Positions 9,690-19,748 of a DNA stretch of 64,000 nt are shown here, piece by piece; the first letter of the stretch is position 1, and each line of letters begins with the position of its first letter. The DNA is from Vicinamibacterales bacterium (GTDB taxonomy: Bacteria; Acidobacteriota; Vicinamibacteria; Vicinamibacterales; JAMQPK01). Where the stretch lies: the NCBI GenBank assembly GCA_963821375.1, contig CAWGDN010000001.1:45589-109588 (forward strand), written 5' to 3'. The notes under the pieces were generated by a model. That model did not search any database. It saw only the letters and a list, made by a program, of their open reading frames with translations, and was not told the DNA's origin. The position numbers were made by a program, and so were the translations under genes.

Positions 9690-10862
9690 CTAGCAGGGTG
9701 TGTCCACCAACTCTAGGTAGAGTTGCCTCATCTCCTCCAATAGGCGGGCTCGTCCGTAGCGGCCCAGCACCGATTCACGCGCACTCGAGCTCATGCGTGC
9801 CGCCGCTTCGCCATCGCCGAGCAGCCTGCGCCACGCCGACGAGAGTGCGGTGGGGTCGTCCGAGGGCACCAGAAGGCCAGTGCGTTCGTGGTCGACGACG
9901 TCTGCGACGCCGCCGACCGCGGTGGCGACGACAGGTCGTCCGGCTGCCATCGCCTCGACAAGGGCGACGGGCGTGCCTTCGTTGCGTGATGTCAATGTCA
10001 CGATGTCCAGGCCGGCATAAACGCGCGGCAGATCGCGGCGCCAACCCGCAAAGCGCACATGGCCAGACAAGTTCAGTCGCTCCGCACGTTCGCGAACGTG
10101 CGATTCACACTCCCCGCCCCCAACCACGACGAACCCGGCCGCCCCTCCCTCGTCGAGAAACTGCCGTGCCGCGCGGAGGAACAGCTCGTGGTTCTTGATC
10201 GGCACAAGCCTCCCGACGATGCCGATCACGGGCCACGCCCGCGGGAAGCCCCATTGCTCGCGTGTGGACGGATGCGGCACCGCTAATTCGTCGAGCGCCA
10301 GCCCGAGACGTATCAGTCGAACCCTGCCGTCCGGAATCTTCAGCCTGCTGACGATCTCCTCCTGCTGCTGAGGGCTGATCACAATGATCCGGTCAGTCGA
10401 TCGCGCCAACACGCGTTCAACCGCACGGATGGCGGCTGATGCCGACTGCCCGAAATACCCCGACAGCACATTGCCGTGAAATGTGTGGACGATCTTGCAG
10501 CGTGTCCCGGTGGTCGATCGCCATACGATCGCCGCGAGCCGTCCAACTGCGCCGGCTTTGGCGGTATGCGTGTGCACGATATCGGGCCGAAACTCGCGGC
10601 ACAGTCGCAGCAGCCCGACGAACGCCGCCAAGTCCTGCCGCCAGGAAAGGCGGCGGCCCAGCTCGGGTATCTTCCTCACGAGTGTTCCCGTGTCCGTTGG
10701 AAGCAGGTCGGACATGTCAACTTCACCGACCCCGACAGGCCCGTACACCAGCATCGTCTTGAATGAGTCACGGTCAAGCTCGGCGAGATGCGCAACGTGT
10801 TGAGCCGGTCCACCGACGTTGAGTCGAGCGATCACCCGAAGCACGCGAATCTCGTGCGACAT
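9690..10862 (-). CDS. Glycosyltransferase family 4
   Basis: Motifs VGGPAQHV, LTSRNEGTPVALVEAMAAGRPVVATAVGGVADVVDHERTGLLVP (EX7E-type). Confidence 0.85.
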   Translation of the reverse strand: MSHEIRVLRVIARLNVGGPAQHVAHLAELDRDSFKTMLVYGPVGVGEVDMSDLLPTDTGTLVRKIPELGRRLSWRQDLAAFVGLLRLCREFRPDIVHTHTAKAGAVGRLAAIVWRSTTGTRCKIVHTFHGNVLSGYFGQSASAAIRAVERVLARSTDRIIVISPQQQEEIVSRLKIPDGRVRLIRLGLALDELAVPHPSTREQWGFPRAWPVIGIVGRLVPIKNHELFLRAARQFLDEGGAAGFVVVGGGECESHVRERAERLNLSGHVRFAGWRRDLPRVYAGLDIVTLTSRNEGTPVALVEAMAAGRPVVATAVGGVADVVDHERTGLLVPSDDPTALSSAWRRLLGDGEAAARMSSSARESVLGRYGRARLLEEMRQLYLELVDTPC

Positions 10863-12312
10863 GTGCGATCGTTATATCAGGCTCCGCTCCACTCAGCCAC
10901 AAACCGGGGTACAATTCGCCACGGTTCTGAACCTACCAGATACGCAACGCGATTCCTCGTCTGCTCTTCCTGCGGATGGATTGGAGGCGCCGGACCGATC
11001 CGCTGGCGCCGCTCGACTTCAGGCCCTCCTCTGGAATACCGGTCCGCTCGTCGTCTCGCGGTACGCCTCCGCGGTACTCGGGCTGCTGACGACCATCGCA
11101 GCCACTCGCTGGCTCGGGGTCGACGGCTTCGGCGAGGCGAGCCTTGCGGCCGCGTATCCGCTGATGCTCTGGTCGGTCACGAGTGTGAAATCGGTCTCGA
11201 TCACCACGCGGTACGTCTCGTCGTTCCGATCGACTGGCGATGCAGCAGGGTTGAGTGCCATCTGCCGGTTTAGCTATCTGCTCGACCTCACTATGGCGCT
11301 AACCGCTTTCGCGATTGTGCTTCTAACAGGAGGACTCATCGCGACGCGGATCTATGGCCTCCCGAGCGTCTACGGTCTCATGGTGCTCCTGGCGGCCAGC
11401 TTTCCGATCTACTCCCTGCTCAGCACCAGCGAGGCGATACTGACCGCCTACAGTCGTTTCAACGCCCTTGCCTTTCTGCTGATCTTCGAGACCGTGCTTC
11501 GCCTGGCTCTGGTTCTCGCGGCCTGGTTGCTTGGGGGCGGAACGGCAGCATTCGTTGGAGCCACTGCGGCCTCTCAAATCGCGGCCGGCGTGGCTGCCAT
11601 TTGGCTGGCCAGCAGAAGCCTGGCAGCGAGCCTCTCGGGGCACTGGTGGCGAGGAGGCATCCAGTTTGCGGCGATCGCTCCGTTGAAGCAAGAGCTCCGC
11701 CAGTTCTTTGGATGGAACTACGCCCTCGTCACCGTTTCTGGCTTCGTCGATCAACTTCCGGCCATGCTCCTCGGCACTTACCGTGGAACCTCCGCGGTGG
11801 CGTTCTACAGACTCTCGACGAGTCTGATGGTGGCTGTGGGATACGTCGAAGCGTCGCTTCGCAGAGCTGTGTATCCGTCGCTGCTGGCCGATTGGCACTC
11901 GGGCGGCCTCGCCAGCCTTCGCGCTGATGTCAGACGCATGACGCTTCGCATCGGGTTGCCGGCGAGCGCGGCCATCGTTGGGGCAGCGATTGTGGTGGTC
12001 CCGTTTGCAGTGCCGCTCGTGTTTGGTGAAAGTTACCGACCGATGGTGCGTGGAGCTCAGTTCCTGATCGCGGCGGCTGGGGTATCGACGGGCGTGTTCT
12101 GGCTGCATCCCTACTATTTCGCGGCGGGCCGCATTGTTCTCTGGTCGCAGCTCTATGTCGTGTACGGCATCTTGTTGCTAGTGGTCGCCTGGCCGGTCAG
12201 CTACCAGTTGGGATTCGTCGGCATCGCCGCACTTGTCGCGGTTGGTCGCGTGTCCCTCGCAGCTGCGGGCGTCGCACTCGCCAAGACTCCGGTCTTCGGT
12301 CGCCTGTCATGA
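10861..12312 (+). CDS. Polysaccharide flippase, MOP/Wzx-like (start uncertain)
   Basis: About 12 predicted TM helices throughout. N-terminal LWNTGPLVVSRYASAVLGLLTTIAATRWLGVDGFGEASL is typical of this family. Divergent from the GT4 operon. Confidence 0.7.
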   Translation: MCDRYIRLRSTQPQTGVQFATVLNLPDTQRDSSSALPADGLEAPDRSAGAARLQALLWNTGPLVVSRYASAVLGLLTTIAATRWLGVDGFGEASLAAAYPLMLWSVTSVKSVSITTRYVSSFRSTGDAAGLSAICRFSYLLDLTMALTAFAIVLLTGGLIATRIYGLPSVYGLMVLLAASFPIYSLLSTSEAILTAYSRFNALAFLLIFETVLRLALVLAAWLLGGGTAAFVGATAASQIAAGVAAIWLASRSLAASLSGHWWRGGIQFAAIAPLKQELRQFFGWNYALVTVSGFVDQLPAMLLGTYRGTSAVAFYRLSTSLMVAVGYVEASLRRAVYPSLLADWHSGGLASLRADVRRMTLRIGLPASAAIVGAAIVVVPFAVPLVFGESYRPMVRGAQFLIAAAGVSTGVFWLHPYYFAAGRIVLWSQLYVVYGILLLVVAWPVSYQLGFVGIAALVAVGRVSLAAAGVALAKTPVFGRLS

Positions 12313-13041
12313 AGAAGGGATTGCAGCTCGCGTCAATTGCGCGCCACCCGCTATCCCTGATTCCCTTGTTTATCTTGAGGAAGGGGTGGCTCAGCGATTT
12401 CAAGATCGGCGAATTCACTCTGAGCGCGCGATATGACGACCTGACGGCAGTCTCGGAGATCGGCCTACACGGCGAGTATGGCTATGTACGATCGCTCGCC
12501 TTTCCAGACGATGCCCTCGTACTCGACTTGGGAGCGAACATCGGATGCTTCGCCGCGCTCGTCTTCTCCGTGCGGGGCGATGTGGAAGTGCATTCGGTCG
12601 AGCCGAGCCCAGATACGAGCGCATTGCTCATGAGAAACCGGGAGCGGTACCCGAAGCTTCGCTGGGTGATACACCGAGTGGCCATCGCCGCTCGGGATGG
12701 CGTAGCACGCTTCACCAACCACGGCCCAAGCACGGCACGAAAGTTGGCCGACAGCGATGGCCTGACAGGTACGGGCCGAGTCGTTCGACCGCTTCGTTCA
12801 GCATGTCGCCGGCGTCCGTCGGGTCTTCCTCTGCAAGATGGACATTGAAGGTGAAGAAGTGCCTATCCTCACCTCCGCCTCAGCGGCGCTTTCTCGTATT
12901 GACCACTTTATTGTGGAAGTTCATGGTCCGCCGGAAAACGAACATCGCGTTCGCGGGGTGCTGTCAGCGGCATTCTCACAGATAGCGCTGGTGGAAGGTC
13001 GCGCGTCCCGCAAGCCGGTGTTTCACGCCTGGAGGTCCTAG
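12309..13041 (+). pseudogene. FkbM family methyltransferase; one apparent frameshift near 12745-12770
   Basis: ORF 12309..12848 has LVLDLGANIGCFAALVF...VHSVEPSPDT. The family C-terminus AESFDRFVQHVAGVRRVFLCKMDIEGEEVPIL continues in the frame of ORF 12838..13041 (my translation upstream of 12838). Confidence 0.7.
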
Positions 13042-13068
13042 CAACGCGGACACTGTTACATCGACCAC

Positions 13069-13791
13069 TCAGAGCATCGCTTCTACGCGGGTACGATCGA
13101 ACTTCGGATTGAGATCGCTCGCCGGTGGCGGATGAACTGCCGTCCAATCGGCCGTATCTATCTTGACGGCAAAGCTGTGCGCGAACAGCTCAGGACGCGC
13201 GCGCGCGAGCCATCGTCCTGCCGGGGACCACGCCTTGAAGGCACCGAGAAGCATTCGGTCGATCCCCATGCCTTCATGGCATACAAGGCTGCTCAAGGTC
13301 GCGTAGTTGAACCAATAGACGTGTCCGCGCCTCGGCCTGCAAGAGAACGGCACCCGACCTGCGCAGACCCGCGCACGGTCCTTCCAATAGTGAAAGTTGG
13401 GAACCACGATGACGATCGACTTCGCAACCCGAGCCATCTCTCGAAGAGCCGCAGCGGGTTCATAAAGGTGCTCCAGCACATCCAGGGCGCATGCAGTCCC
13501 AAAAGTCTTGTCATCGAACGGAAAAGCCTTGGTCACATCGCCGATCTGCGCTTTGAAACCCTTGGCACGAGCTTTCTCAACCGCAACCGAGGAGATGTCC
13601 ATGAGCGTCAGATCGCGACAGTTCCTGCCTCGCAGCAACGACAACAGCAACCCGTCGCCTCCACCGATGTCGAGTACGGGTTCATCGGAGATGAGTTGCA
13701 ACGCCGCACGGTGACGCCACATGGGCACCTGGTCTTGCGACCCCCACCGGCGATCCTCGAAGTCCTCAACCCCTGTAACCTGCCTCATCAC
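13069..13791 (-). CDS. Class I SAM-dependent methyltransferase (type 11-like)
   Basis: VLDIGGGDGLLLSLL...LMDIS...ACALDVLEHLYEPAAALREMARV. Confidence 0.8.
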   Translation of the reverse strand: MMRQVTGVEDFEDRRWGSQDQVPMWRHRAALQLISDEPVLDIGGGDGLLLSLLRGRNCRDLTLMDISSVAVEKARAKGFKAQIGDVTKAFPFDDKTFGTACALDVLEHLYEPAAALREMARVAKSIVIVVPNFHYWKDRARVCAGRVPFSCRPRRGHVYWFNYATLSSLVCHEGMGIDRMLLGAFKAWSPAGRWLARARPELFAHSFAVKIDTADWTAVHPPPASDLNPKFDRTRVEAML

Positions 13792-13810
13792 AGCTCTCGA
13801 CGATCTCAGC

Positions 13811-14992
13811 TTATCTACGACCAGCGCGATCTCGCGCCAGCTCGAAGAGCCGTCGGTACTCGGAGAAATAGCGCTCGGTAGAAAGGCTGCTCAACGCCCT
13901 CGCGCGTCCCGCCGCGCCCATTCTCCGGCACAGATCGTCGTCTGCAAGGATCTGTGTCAAACATGATGTGAGCGCCGACTCCGTTCCGGGTGCCACCAGA
14001 AATCCGTTCACCCCATTCTCGATGAGGTCGGGGATACCGCCCACTGCACTTCCGATGACGGGAGTACCAACGGCCATCGCCTCGAACAGCACGCGTCCAA
14101 GTCCCTCCGAGTACGACGGCAGTACCAGCACTCGGGCGGCCGTCATCTCAGCTGCGAGATCCGACTGCGGCACTTCGCCGACAAACGTGACAGCCCCTCC
14201 GATCTTCAGTGCTTCGATCTGTCGATCGAGCTCGCGGCGATATGCCGGATCTTGGCAGCGACCCACCACAATCAGTCGCGTCTCTCCCCGACGATTTGGA
14301 ACCGCCGCAAAGGCCGCAATGAGATGATGCACCCCTTTCAAACGGGTCACGACTCCCGCATACAGCACATGCTCTCCGATCTGCGCTCGACGACCACCTG
14401 CTTCGAGAAACACGTCGGTGTCGGACCATGTTGGAAACTCGACAATCGGCTGGGTTGCGCCAAGTCGGCGAAGCTGTTCACGCGTCGCCGATGAAATGGC
14501 GCGTAACGCGTCGGCGTCTCTGAGCGCTGCCCGCGCGGCTGCCCGCATGAGGCGGACGTACGCAGCCTGCTGCTTGATTCCCCGCTGCAGGAAGAGCGCC
14601 TTCTCAAAATCGCCGTGGCTCTCCACGACCAGCGCAATCGTCTTGCGAGCCAGCGCTGAGGCACCTCGCTTCACCCAGGAGCCGATCCAGCCCTCATAGG
14701 GGCTTTGCGCGACGATGATATTCGAGCCGTGGCGTAGCGTGCACCACAAGGCAAGGATCGGAGCAACCACGAAGAAGGCCGCATAGCGAACTGGCGGCAC
14801 CCTCACCGCCGGAATCAAGTAGAGCGTCGCATGTTCCGTGTACACGCGCGGCCGTAGTGATTCCGACAGGGCGACGATCCGGACGTCGGCGTCACGCGCC
14901 AGTCCCGCCAGCTTCTTTGCCTGGGTCTGGGTGAGCCTGGGTCCATAGCGGGTGCCGCTGATGAAGCAGACGCGAACGCGTGTACCCTTCAT
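13811..14992 (-). CDS. Glycosyltransferase family 4
   Basis: LVLPSYSEGLGRVLFEAMAVGTPVIGSAVGGIPDLIENGVNGFLV. Confidence 0.85.
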   Translation of the reverse strand: MKGTRVRVCFISGTRYGPRLTQTQAKKLAGLARDADVRIVALSESLRPRVYTEHATLYLIPAVRVPPVRYAAFFVVAPILALWCTLRHGSNIIVAQSPYEGWIGSWVKRGASALARKTIALVVESHGDFEKALFLQRGIKQQAAYVRLMRAAARAALRDADALRAISSATREQLRRLGATQPIVEFPTWSDTDVFLEAGGRRAQIGEHVLYAGVVTRLKGVHHLIAAFAAVPNRRGETRLIVVGRCQDPAYRRELDRQIEALKIGGAVTFVGEVPQSDLAAEMTAARVLVLPSYSEGLGRVLFEAMAVGTPVIGSAVGGIPDLIENGVNGFLVAPGTESALTSCLTQILADDDLCRRMGAAGRARALSSLSTERYFSEYRRLFELARDRAGRR

Positions 14993-16137
14993 TGCTCACG
15001 TTCCGGCCGTTGCTTCCGCGCTGCGGCGGCAAGAACACCTTCGGTCGCTGCCACCATTGTTTCGAAGCTGAACTGCTCGTGCGACCATGCGCGGGCGTCG
15101 ACGGCCAGTTGCCGCGCCTTTTCGGGTGACGACAGAATCGCCGTCACTGCCCGCGCGAGTGCCGCGGTGTCATGAGCGGGTACGAGCAAACCTGTTCGAT
15201 CGTGAACGACGACTTCCGGCGTTCCCCCAACGGCGGTTGCGACAACAGGCACACCCGCTCGCATCGCCTCGAGCACGACATGCGGAAGGCCTTCGTACGT
15301 CGAATTCAGCACAAACACGTCGGCTGTCGACAGCAGCCCCTGGACTTCCGCTTGGGATCGCCGCCCCATCCACAGCACTCGGCCGCCAATCCCCAGCGCT
15401 ACCGCTCGTGACTCAAGCGCCGGCCTAAGCGGACCGTCGCCGACGACGATGAGGCGCCAATCCACACGATCGCGAATCACATCGAGCAGCCCGTCGACAC
15501 CCTTCCAGGGAACCAGGCGGCACACGGTCATCAACGTCGATCCGTCAAACCGCGGGAGCGTGACCACTGGTGTGCCCGGTGCTATGGAAGGCAGGGCGTT
15601 GTAAACCACCTGAATCATTGCCGGCGGGATTCCCCAGGTCGCAGCGATGTTCTTCAAATATCTGCTGGGCGCGATCACGGCTGTCGCTCGACTCAACGGA
15701 GCCGTTCGAAGCCAGTCCAACAGCCGTAGCCGCAGGTTCTTGTGCGCCGACTGGTACTCGTCGATCGTGCCGCTGTACCACCCCCGATTCCGCGCGCGCT
15801 CCCATGCCCAGTCACCGACCACTTTGTGGAGCACAGGTGTTCGACTGAGCTCACCTGCGGTCTGCGCCTCGAGACTTAAGCCATTTGAGTAGATGACGTC
15901 TCTGCCCGGCCGCTTCAACTCGCGCACCACAGCTGCAAACCGCCTGGCTTTGGACAATCTTCGAGGTATACGGACAACGGTGAAGGGAAAGATGACGTCG
16001 GCAGTTGGCTCATCACTCAAGCACACGACCTCGACGTCGTGACCGCGAGCACAGAGAGCCGTCGCGATCGCCGGCACATAGCTGGCCGGCCCTCCGGCAT
16101 CTGGTGGAAAGATACCGGCGGAGATCATGACGCGCAT
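14989..16137 (-). CDS. Glycosyltransferase family 4
   Basis: FPPDAGGPASYV and LNSTYEGLPHVVLEAMRAGVPVVATAVGGTPEVVVHDRTGLLVP. ATGA overlap with the downstream gene. Confidence 0.85.
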   Translation of the reverse strand: MRVMISAGIFPPDAGGPASYVPAIATALCARGHDVEVVCLSDEPTADVIFPFTVVRIPRRLSKARRFAAVVRELKRPGRDVIYSNGLSLEAQTAGELSRTPVLHKVVGDWAWERARNRGWYSGTIDEYQSAHKNLRLRLLDWLRTAPLSRATAVIAPSRYLKNIAATWGIPPAMIQVVYNALPSIAPGTPVVTLPRFDGSTLMTVCRLVPWKGVDGLLDVIRDRVDWRLIVVGDGPLRPALESRAVALGIGGRVLWMGRRSQAEVQGLLSTADVFVLNSTYEGLPHVVLEAMRAGVPVVATAVGGTPEVVVHDRTGLLVPAHDTAALARAVTAILSSPEKARQLAVDARAWSHEQFSFETMVAATEGVLAAAARKQRPEREQ

Positions 16138-17276
16138 CAGCCGGTCACCAGCGTGCTGTACACGTCGAGCGTCTCGCGGATCATCCGTTCCCTGGTAAAC
16201 AACTGCTCGTACCGCCGGCGGCCAGCAGTCCCCATCTCACGCAGGTGCTGAGAAGCGTTCAGCGCGCTTCTGATCGCGACAGCCAAGGCCGCTGAATTCC
16301 GAGGTGGCACCAGCATGCCTGTGATGCCGTCGACGACGATTTCGGGCAGCGCCCCCACCCGCGTGGCAACAATCGGCGTGCTCTGCGTCATGGCTTCAAG
16401 CAGCACCAGACCAAAACCTTCGGCGGTGGTCGGATGCACGAGCAGATCGAACGCCGCCATGAGCACCGGTATGTCGGCACGCTGACCAAGAAAGCGAACG
16501 CGGTCGCCGAGGGCGGCTTGCGCCAACTCCTCTAGTCCAGCCCTATCCGGACCATCACCGACGACGAGCCAAACGGCATCAGGACACGACTCACGAAGGC
16601 CGGCGAATGCCTCCAGCGCATAGCGATGTCCCTTCAGAGGAATGAGGCGCCCGATCGTCCCCACCAGCCGCGCGGCGGGCTCGAGCCGCAACTCACGGCA
16701 GATGGCCTCCCGTGCGGCATGCCGATCGACCGCCTGATCCTCGCATCCGTACCACACTGTGTGGATGGTTCCTGGATCGCGACGCTCCTCTACTCGGCAG
16801 AGCTCGGCAATGCGCTGCGAGATGGCAAGCACCGCGTCCTGAAGCGGATTCACGATCCGATAGTAGCGGCGATACTTTTGCACCTCGTCCGCCGACATCG
16901 AGTAGTCATGATGCCTCGACGACAAGACTCTAGACACACGCGCAATCCGCGCTCCCATCGAGCCAAACAGATCGGCATAAGGCAGATGGGTGTGGACGAG
17001 ATCGGGACGCAGCCGCCGCAGCACGTCGGCAACCTTGAGCGTGCCAGAAGGATCCGCCTTGCCAGCAACGTCCAAGTGGGCAATTTCTACTCCCGAATCC
17101 GAGAGTTGCCGCAGCGCGCGCTCATACTCAGCCGACAAAGGCGGGCCCGATCGATCGAAGACGGTGACGAAATGCACATCCCAACCGCCTGTGGCCACTC
17201 CAGGCAGCAGCTTGAACAAGTGGTTCTCGGCGCCGGCAATCGCCTGCGTCTTGATGACGTGCGCGACTACGGGCAC
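16137..17276 (-). CDS. Glycosyltransferase family 4 (GTG start proposed)
   Basis: VHPTTAEGFGLVLLEAMTQSTPIVATRVGALPEIVVDGITGMLVP. The Arg-rich N-terminal 150 aa of track ORF 16137..17732 overlap the upstream gene and were discarded. GTG at 17274-17276 gives VPVVAHVIKTQ. Confidence 0.75.
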   Translation of the reverse strand: MPVVAHVIKTQAIAGAENHLFKLLPGVATGGWDVHFVTVFDRSGPPLSAEYERALRQLSDSGVEIAHLDVAGKADPSGTLKVADVLRRLRPDLVHTHLPYADLFGSMGARIARVSRVLSSRHHDYSMSADEVQKYRRYYRIVNPLQDAVLAISQRIAELCRVEERRDPGTIHTVWYGCEDQAVDRHAAREAICRELRLEPAARLVGTIGRLIPLKGHRYALEAFAGLRESCPDAVWLVVGDGPDRAGLEELAQAALGDRVRFLGQRADIPVLMAAFDLLVHPTTAEGFGLVLLEAMTQSTPIVATRVGALPEIVVDGITGMLVPPRNSAALAVAIRSALNASQHLREMGTAGRRRYEQLFTRERMIRETLDVYSTLVTG

Positions 17277-18028
17277 GTGGGATCGACCGATCCTGCCCGT
17301 GCACGCCGGATACCGCTGATGTAGTAGCCGACCGCGTAGTCGGCGCGGCGCTGCCGCACGAGCTCGCTCACGCTCTTGCGGGCCTGCCGGCTCCGCAGAA
17401 TGGCCGACGCGATCATCCGCGGATCCGGCAGCGCCATCACGAACGCTCTGAACACACGGCCTAGTGTGATCAGCGCGGCCGCGCTCGAAAACCGATCCCA
17501 TACGAGTGGCCGGATGCGAACGGCGTGGCACTGGTGACTCAGCATCGTCTCGAGCCACCACTCGGCAGTGTGGCGATGGAAGTCTCTGGGACTGCCGTGC
17601 ACTCTGTGGCAGAACGGCACGAGGAAGTGAAACGATCCGCCGTCGCGCAGCACTCTCATCGACTCGCGCAAGAGTTGCTCGTCGTTTCGGATGTGCTCGA
17701 ACGTGTTCGCCGAGATGACGTGGTCGAAGCACCCGTCCGCGAACGGCAGCGGCTCTTCGAGATCCAGCAAATGATCCGGCTTCCGGATCGGATCGAAGTT
17801 GGCCGTTTCTATACTTCCGGTGACGACAATTCGCCGGTGATAGCTGCCTCGACGGTCGCCGCCTAGGTCGAGCACCCGTCCCTGCAGCGCCAGTCCGTCG
17901 ATGGCCTCGTCTTCAAGGGCGCGTATGAGCGACAGGCCAGAGCCGACCAGGGTCATCCAGCGTCGCACTGTTTTGCGCTCGGGCAGGTCGATCGCGCCGT
18001 CCGCGCTTTCCTGCCGAGGACTATTCAT
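17267..18028 (-). CDS. SAM-dependent methyltransferase
   Basis: Real part of track ORF 17267..18544 starting at MNSPRQ (ATG 18026-18028). Motifs RVLDLGGDRRGSY, FDHVISANTFEHIRNDEQLLRESMRVLRDGGSF. Confidence 0.75.
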   Translation of the reverse strand: MNSPRQESADGAIDLPERKTVRRWMTLVGSGLSLIRALEDEAIDGLALQGRVLDLGGDRRGSYHRRIVVTGSIETANFDPIRKPDHLLDLEEPLPFADGCFDHVISANTFEHIRNDEQLLRESMRVLRDGGSFHFLVPFCHRVHGSPRDFHRHTAEWWLETMLSHQCHAVRIRPLVWDRFSSAAALITLGRVFRAFVMALPDPRMIASAILRSRQARKSVSELVRQRRADYAVGYYISGIRRARAGSVDPTCP

Positions 18029-19748
18029 CCGGATTCGCCCAACTGGCAGCTCCGTATCGGGTTGCGCAGAGTGTGAGACCATTCCCACTGTACAGCTCCC
18101 GCGAGCACGACGCGTACACCGGAGCGGCGTGGCCGGCATCAAAGACGACGAACTCGAATGGAATGGGAGCTTGATCCTTGTCGAGTCTGCTGCCTCGGCG
18201 CAAGGCCCACCTCCGCTGCCCTTGATGGTAGAACGCAATCGGCCTGTTGGAGGCCGACGCCAGCCGCGCAGCCAGCGGAGCGCTGGTAGCCAGGATCGGC
18301 GGCCAGTTGTTTTCGTCGAGCCCCAGCAGCAAGAGCGCCCCCATCCCGATGTACGGATACTCGGACGTACGCTCGGCCATCGCTGTCGGGTAGACGAGCT
18401 GGTACCAATCCCACGTCGCCTTCGTGCTCGGTACAAGAACGAGTCCGCATGCCGCGGCGACCGCGATGCCCACAGGTCTGGCTTGACGGGAAGCACCGGG
18501 CCCCATGGTCCAGACGGTGGCCGCGTATGCGAGCATCGCGACAACGGCGTGCGACAACGGAATCAGCCGTTCGAGCCGGCTGTCCGCAATCCTCTCGACA
18601 AGCGCGCGATAGACAGGCGGCGCCAGCATCGCCACGCACGGGATCGCGAACAGCACGCAGTACAGCGCAACTTCTTCTCGCGGACGGCGCCGGACGCTCC
18701 ACAGGATCGGCACTGCGAGCAGGGGAACGAGCGACGCGTACTCACCCCATTCGTCGGAAATCAGACGCTGAACAGTGAGGCGCTCCGGCACCACTCCTGC
18801 GCTTGACGGTGGAACCTCCAGCCGCGGCGCAGCGCCCGGGCTGAGTGGCTGTTCAGGTTGTGGAATCGAGCCACTTTTGATGTAGATATAGGGCCCCGCC
18901 ACGAGAGCGAATGTGAGCCCCAACACGAACACCGGTCGCCAGTTCCGCCCTCGACCGAGGTAGAGTGCCGTCACCGTTCCAAGCGTGAGAATCACAGCGT
19001 TGGTGAACGCAAAGAACAAGTGCATCAACGCCCCGGCTCCCAGGAGCACGCCGCACATCCGCGGCAGGGAGAGGGAGTCGGGAAACTTCAAAAACGCGAG
19101 CAGCGCGGCCGAACCCGCAATCTGAAACGCGTAGGCCCAGCTGCGGGGACCGCCCATGCTGATGAGCCGGAGCGAATCGCCCGAGAACAACAGCGCCAGC
19201 ACGACAGCCGCCATCAGATGAATGGAACTCAGGTTGAACAGTCGAACCAGCGCGTAGAGCGCCACGAGGAACAACGGCAGCAGCACAACCTTCGAGTAGC
19301 GGATCACGACATGCGGAGAGAGGCCCGTCGACTGCGAGATGGCGGCTTGAACGAAGGTCCAGCCGTCGTACTTGGTCCCGCGGCCCAAATAGAACCCCGG
19401 GATCAGCAGTGTCTTGTAGTAGGTCGCGTACTCCACGGTTGCCACGTGCTTGGCCGCGTCCGTGTTGTTGATGTCGTTCGGAAGCAGAACGCCAACATTC
19501 ACGGTGGCTGCGAGCACGCACCACAACACGACCGATCGCGGCGGGTTCTCGAGAGCGGGCACGGGGGCACATCCGTAGCGCTTCCGAAGCAGAACTGCCA
19601 TCAGCGCAACAGCGCCCGCCGTCAGAACCGCGGCAGCAAGGCCGAAGCCAACCATCGACGCCGCCACCCCAGACGCGGCGAACCACGCGAGCGCCTCCGC
19701 GACGATGAACGCTCTCCGGACAAACGGGTCTTTTTCGAGAACATTCAC
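18021..19748 (-). CDS. Large uncharacterised polytopic membrane protein (candidate polymerase or GT-C-type enzyme)
   Basis: About 575 aa with at least 12 hydrophobic segments plus a C-terminal soluble ~110 aa. I recognise no family motif. GTGA start/stop overlap with the upstream wecA-like gene (GTG 19746-19748). Confidence 0.55.
   Translation of the reverse strand: MNVLEKDPFVRRAFIVAEALAWFAASGVAASMVGFGLAAAVLTAGAVALMAVLLRKRYGCAPVPALENPPRSVVLWCVLAATVNVGVLLPNDINNTDAAKHVATVEYATYYKTLLIPGFYLGRGTKYDGWTFVQAAISQSTGLSPHVVIRYSKVVLLPLFLVALYALVRLFNLSSIHLMAAVVLALLFSGDSLRLISMGGPRSWAYAFQIAGSAALLAFLKFPDSLSLPRMCGVLLGAGALMHLFFAFTNAVILTLGTVTALYLGRGRNWRPVFVLGLTFALVAGPYIYIKSGSIPQPEQPLSPGAAPRLEVPPSSAGVVPERLTVQRLISDEWGEYASLVPLLAVPILWSVRRRPREEVALYCVLFAIPCVAMLAPPVYRALVERIADSRLERLIPLSHAVVAMLAYAATVWTMGPGASRQARPVGIAVAAACGLVLVPSTKATWDWYQLVYPTAMAERTSEYPYIGMGALLLLGLDENNWPPILATSAPLAARLASASNRPIAFYHQGQRRWALRRGSRLDKDQAPIPFEFVVFDAGHAAPVYASCSRELYSGNGLTLCATRYGAASWANPDE

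Noticed and set aside
16137-17732. 531-aa version of the GT4 gene. Analogous long N-terminal extensions occur for smpB (to 24177), the PSP1 gene (to 25994), the methyltransferase (to 18544) and rsgA (to 32807).
   Set aside because: The extensions are Arg-rich, overlap the preceding genes and are not needed for the conserved domains. Internal starts that give start/stop coupling were preferred.
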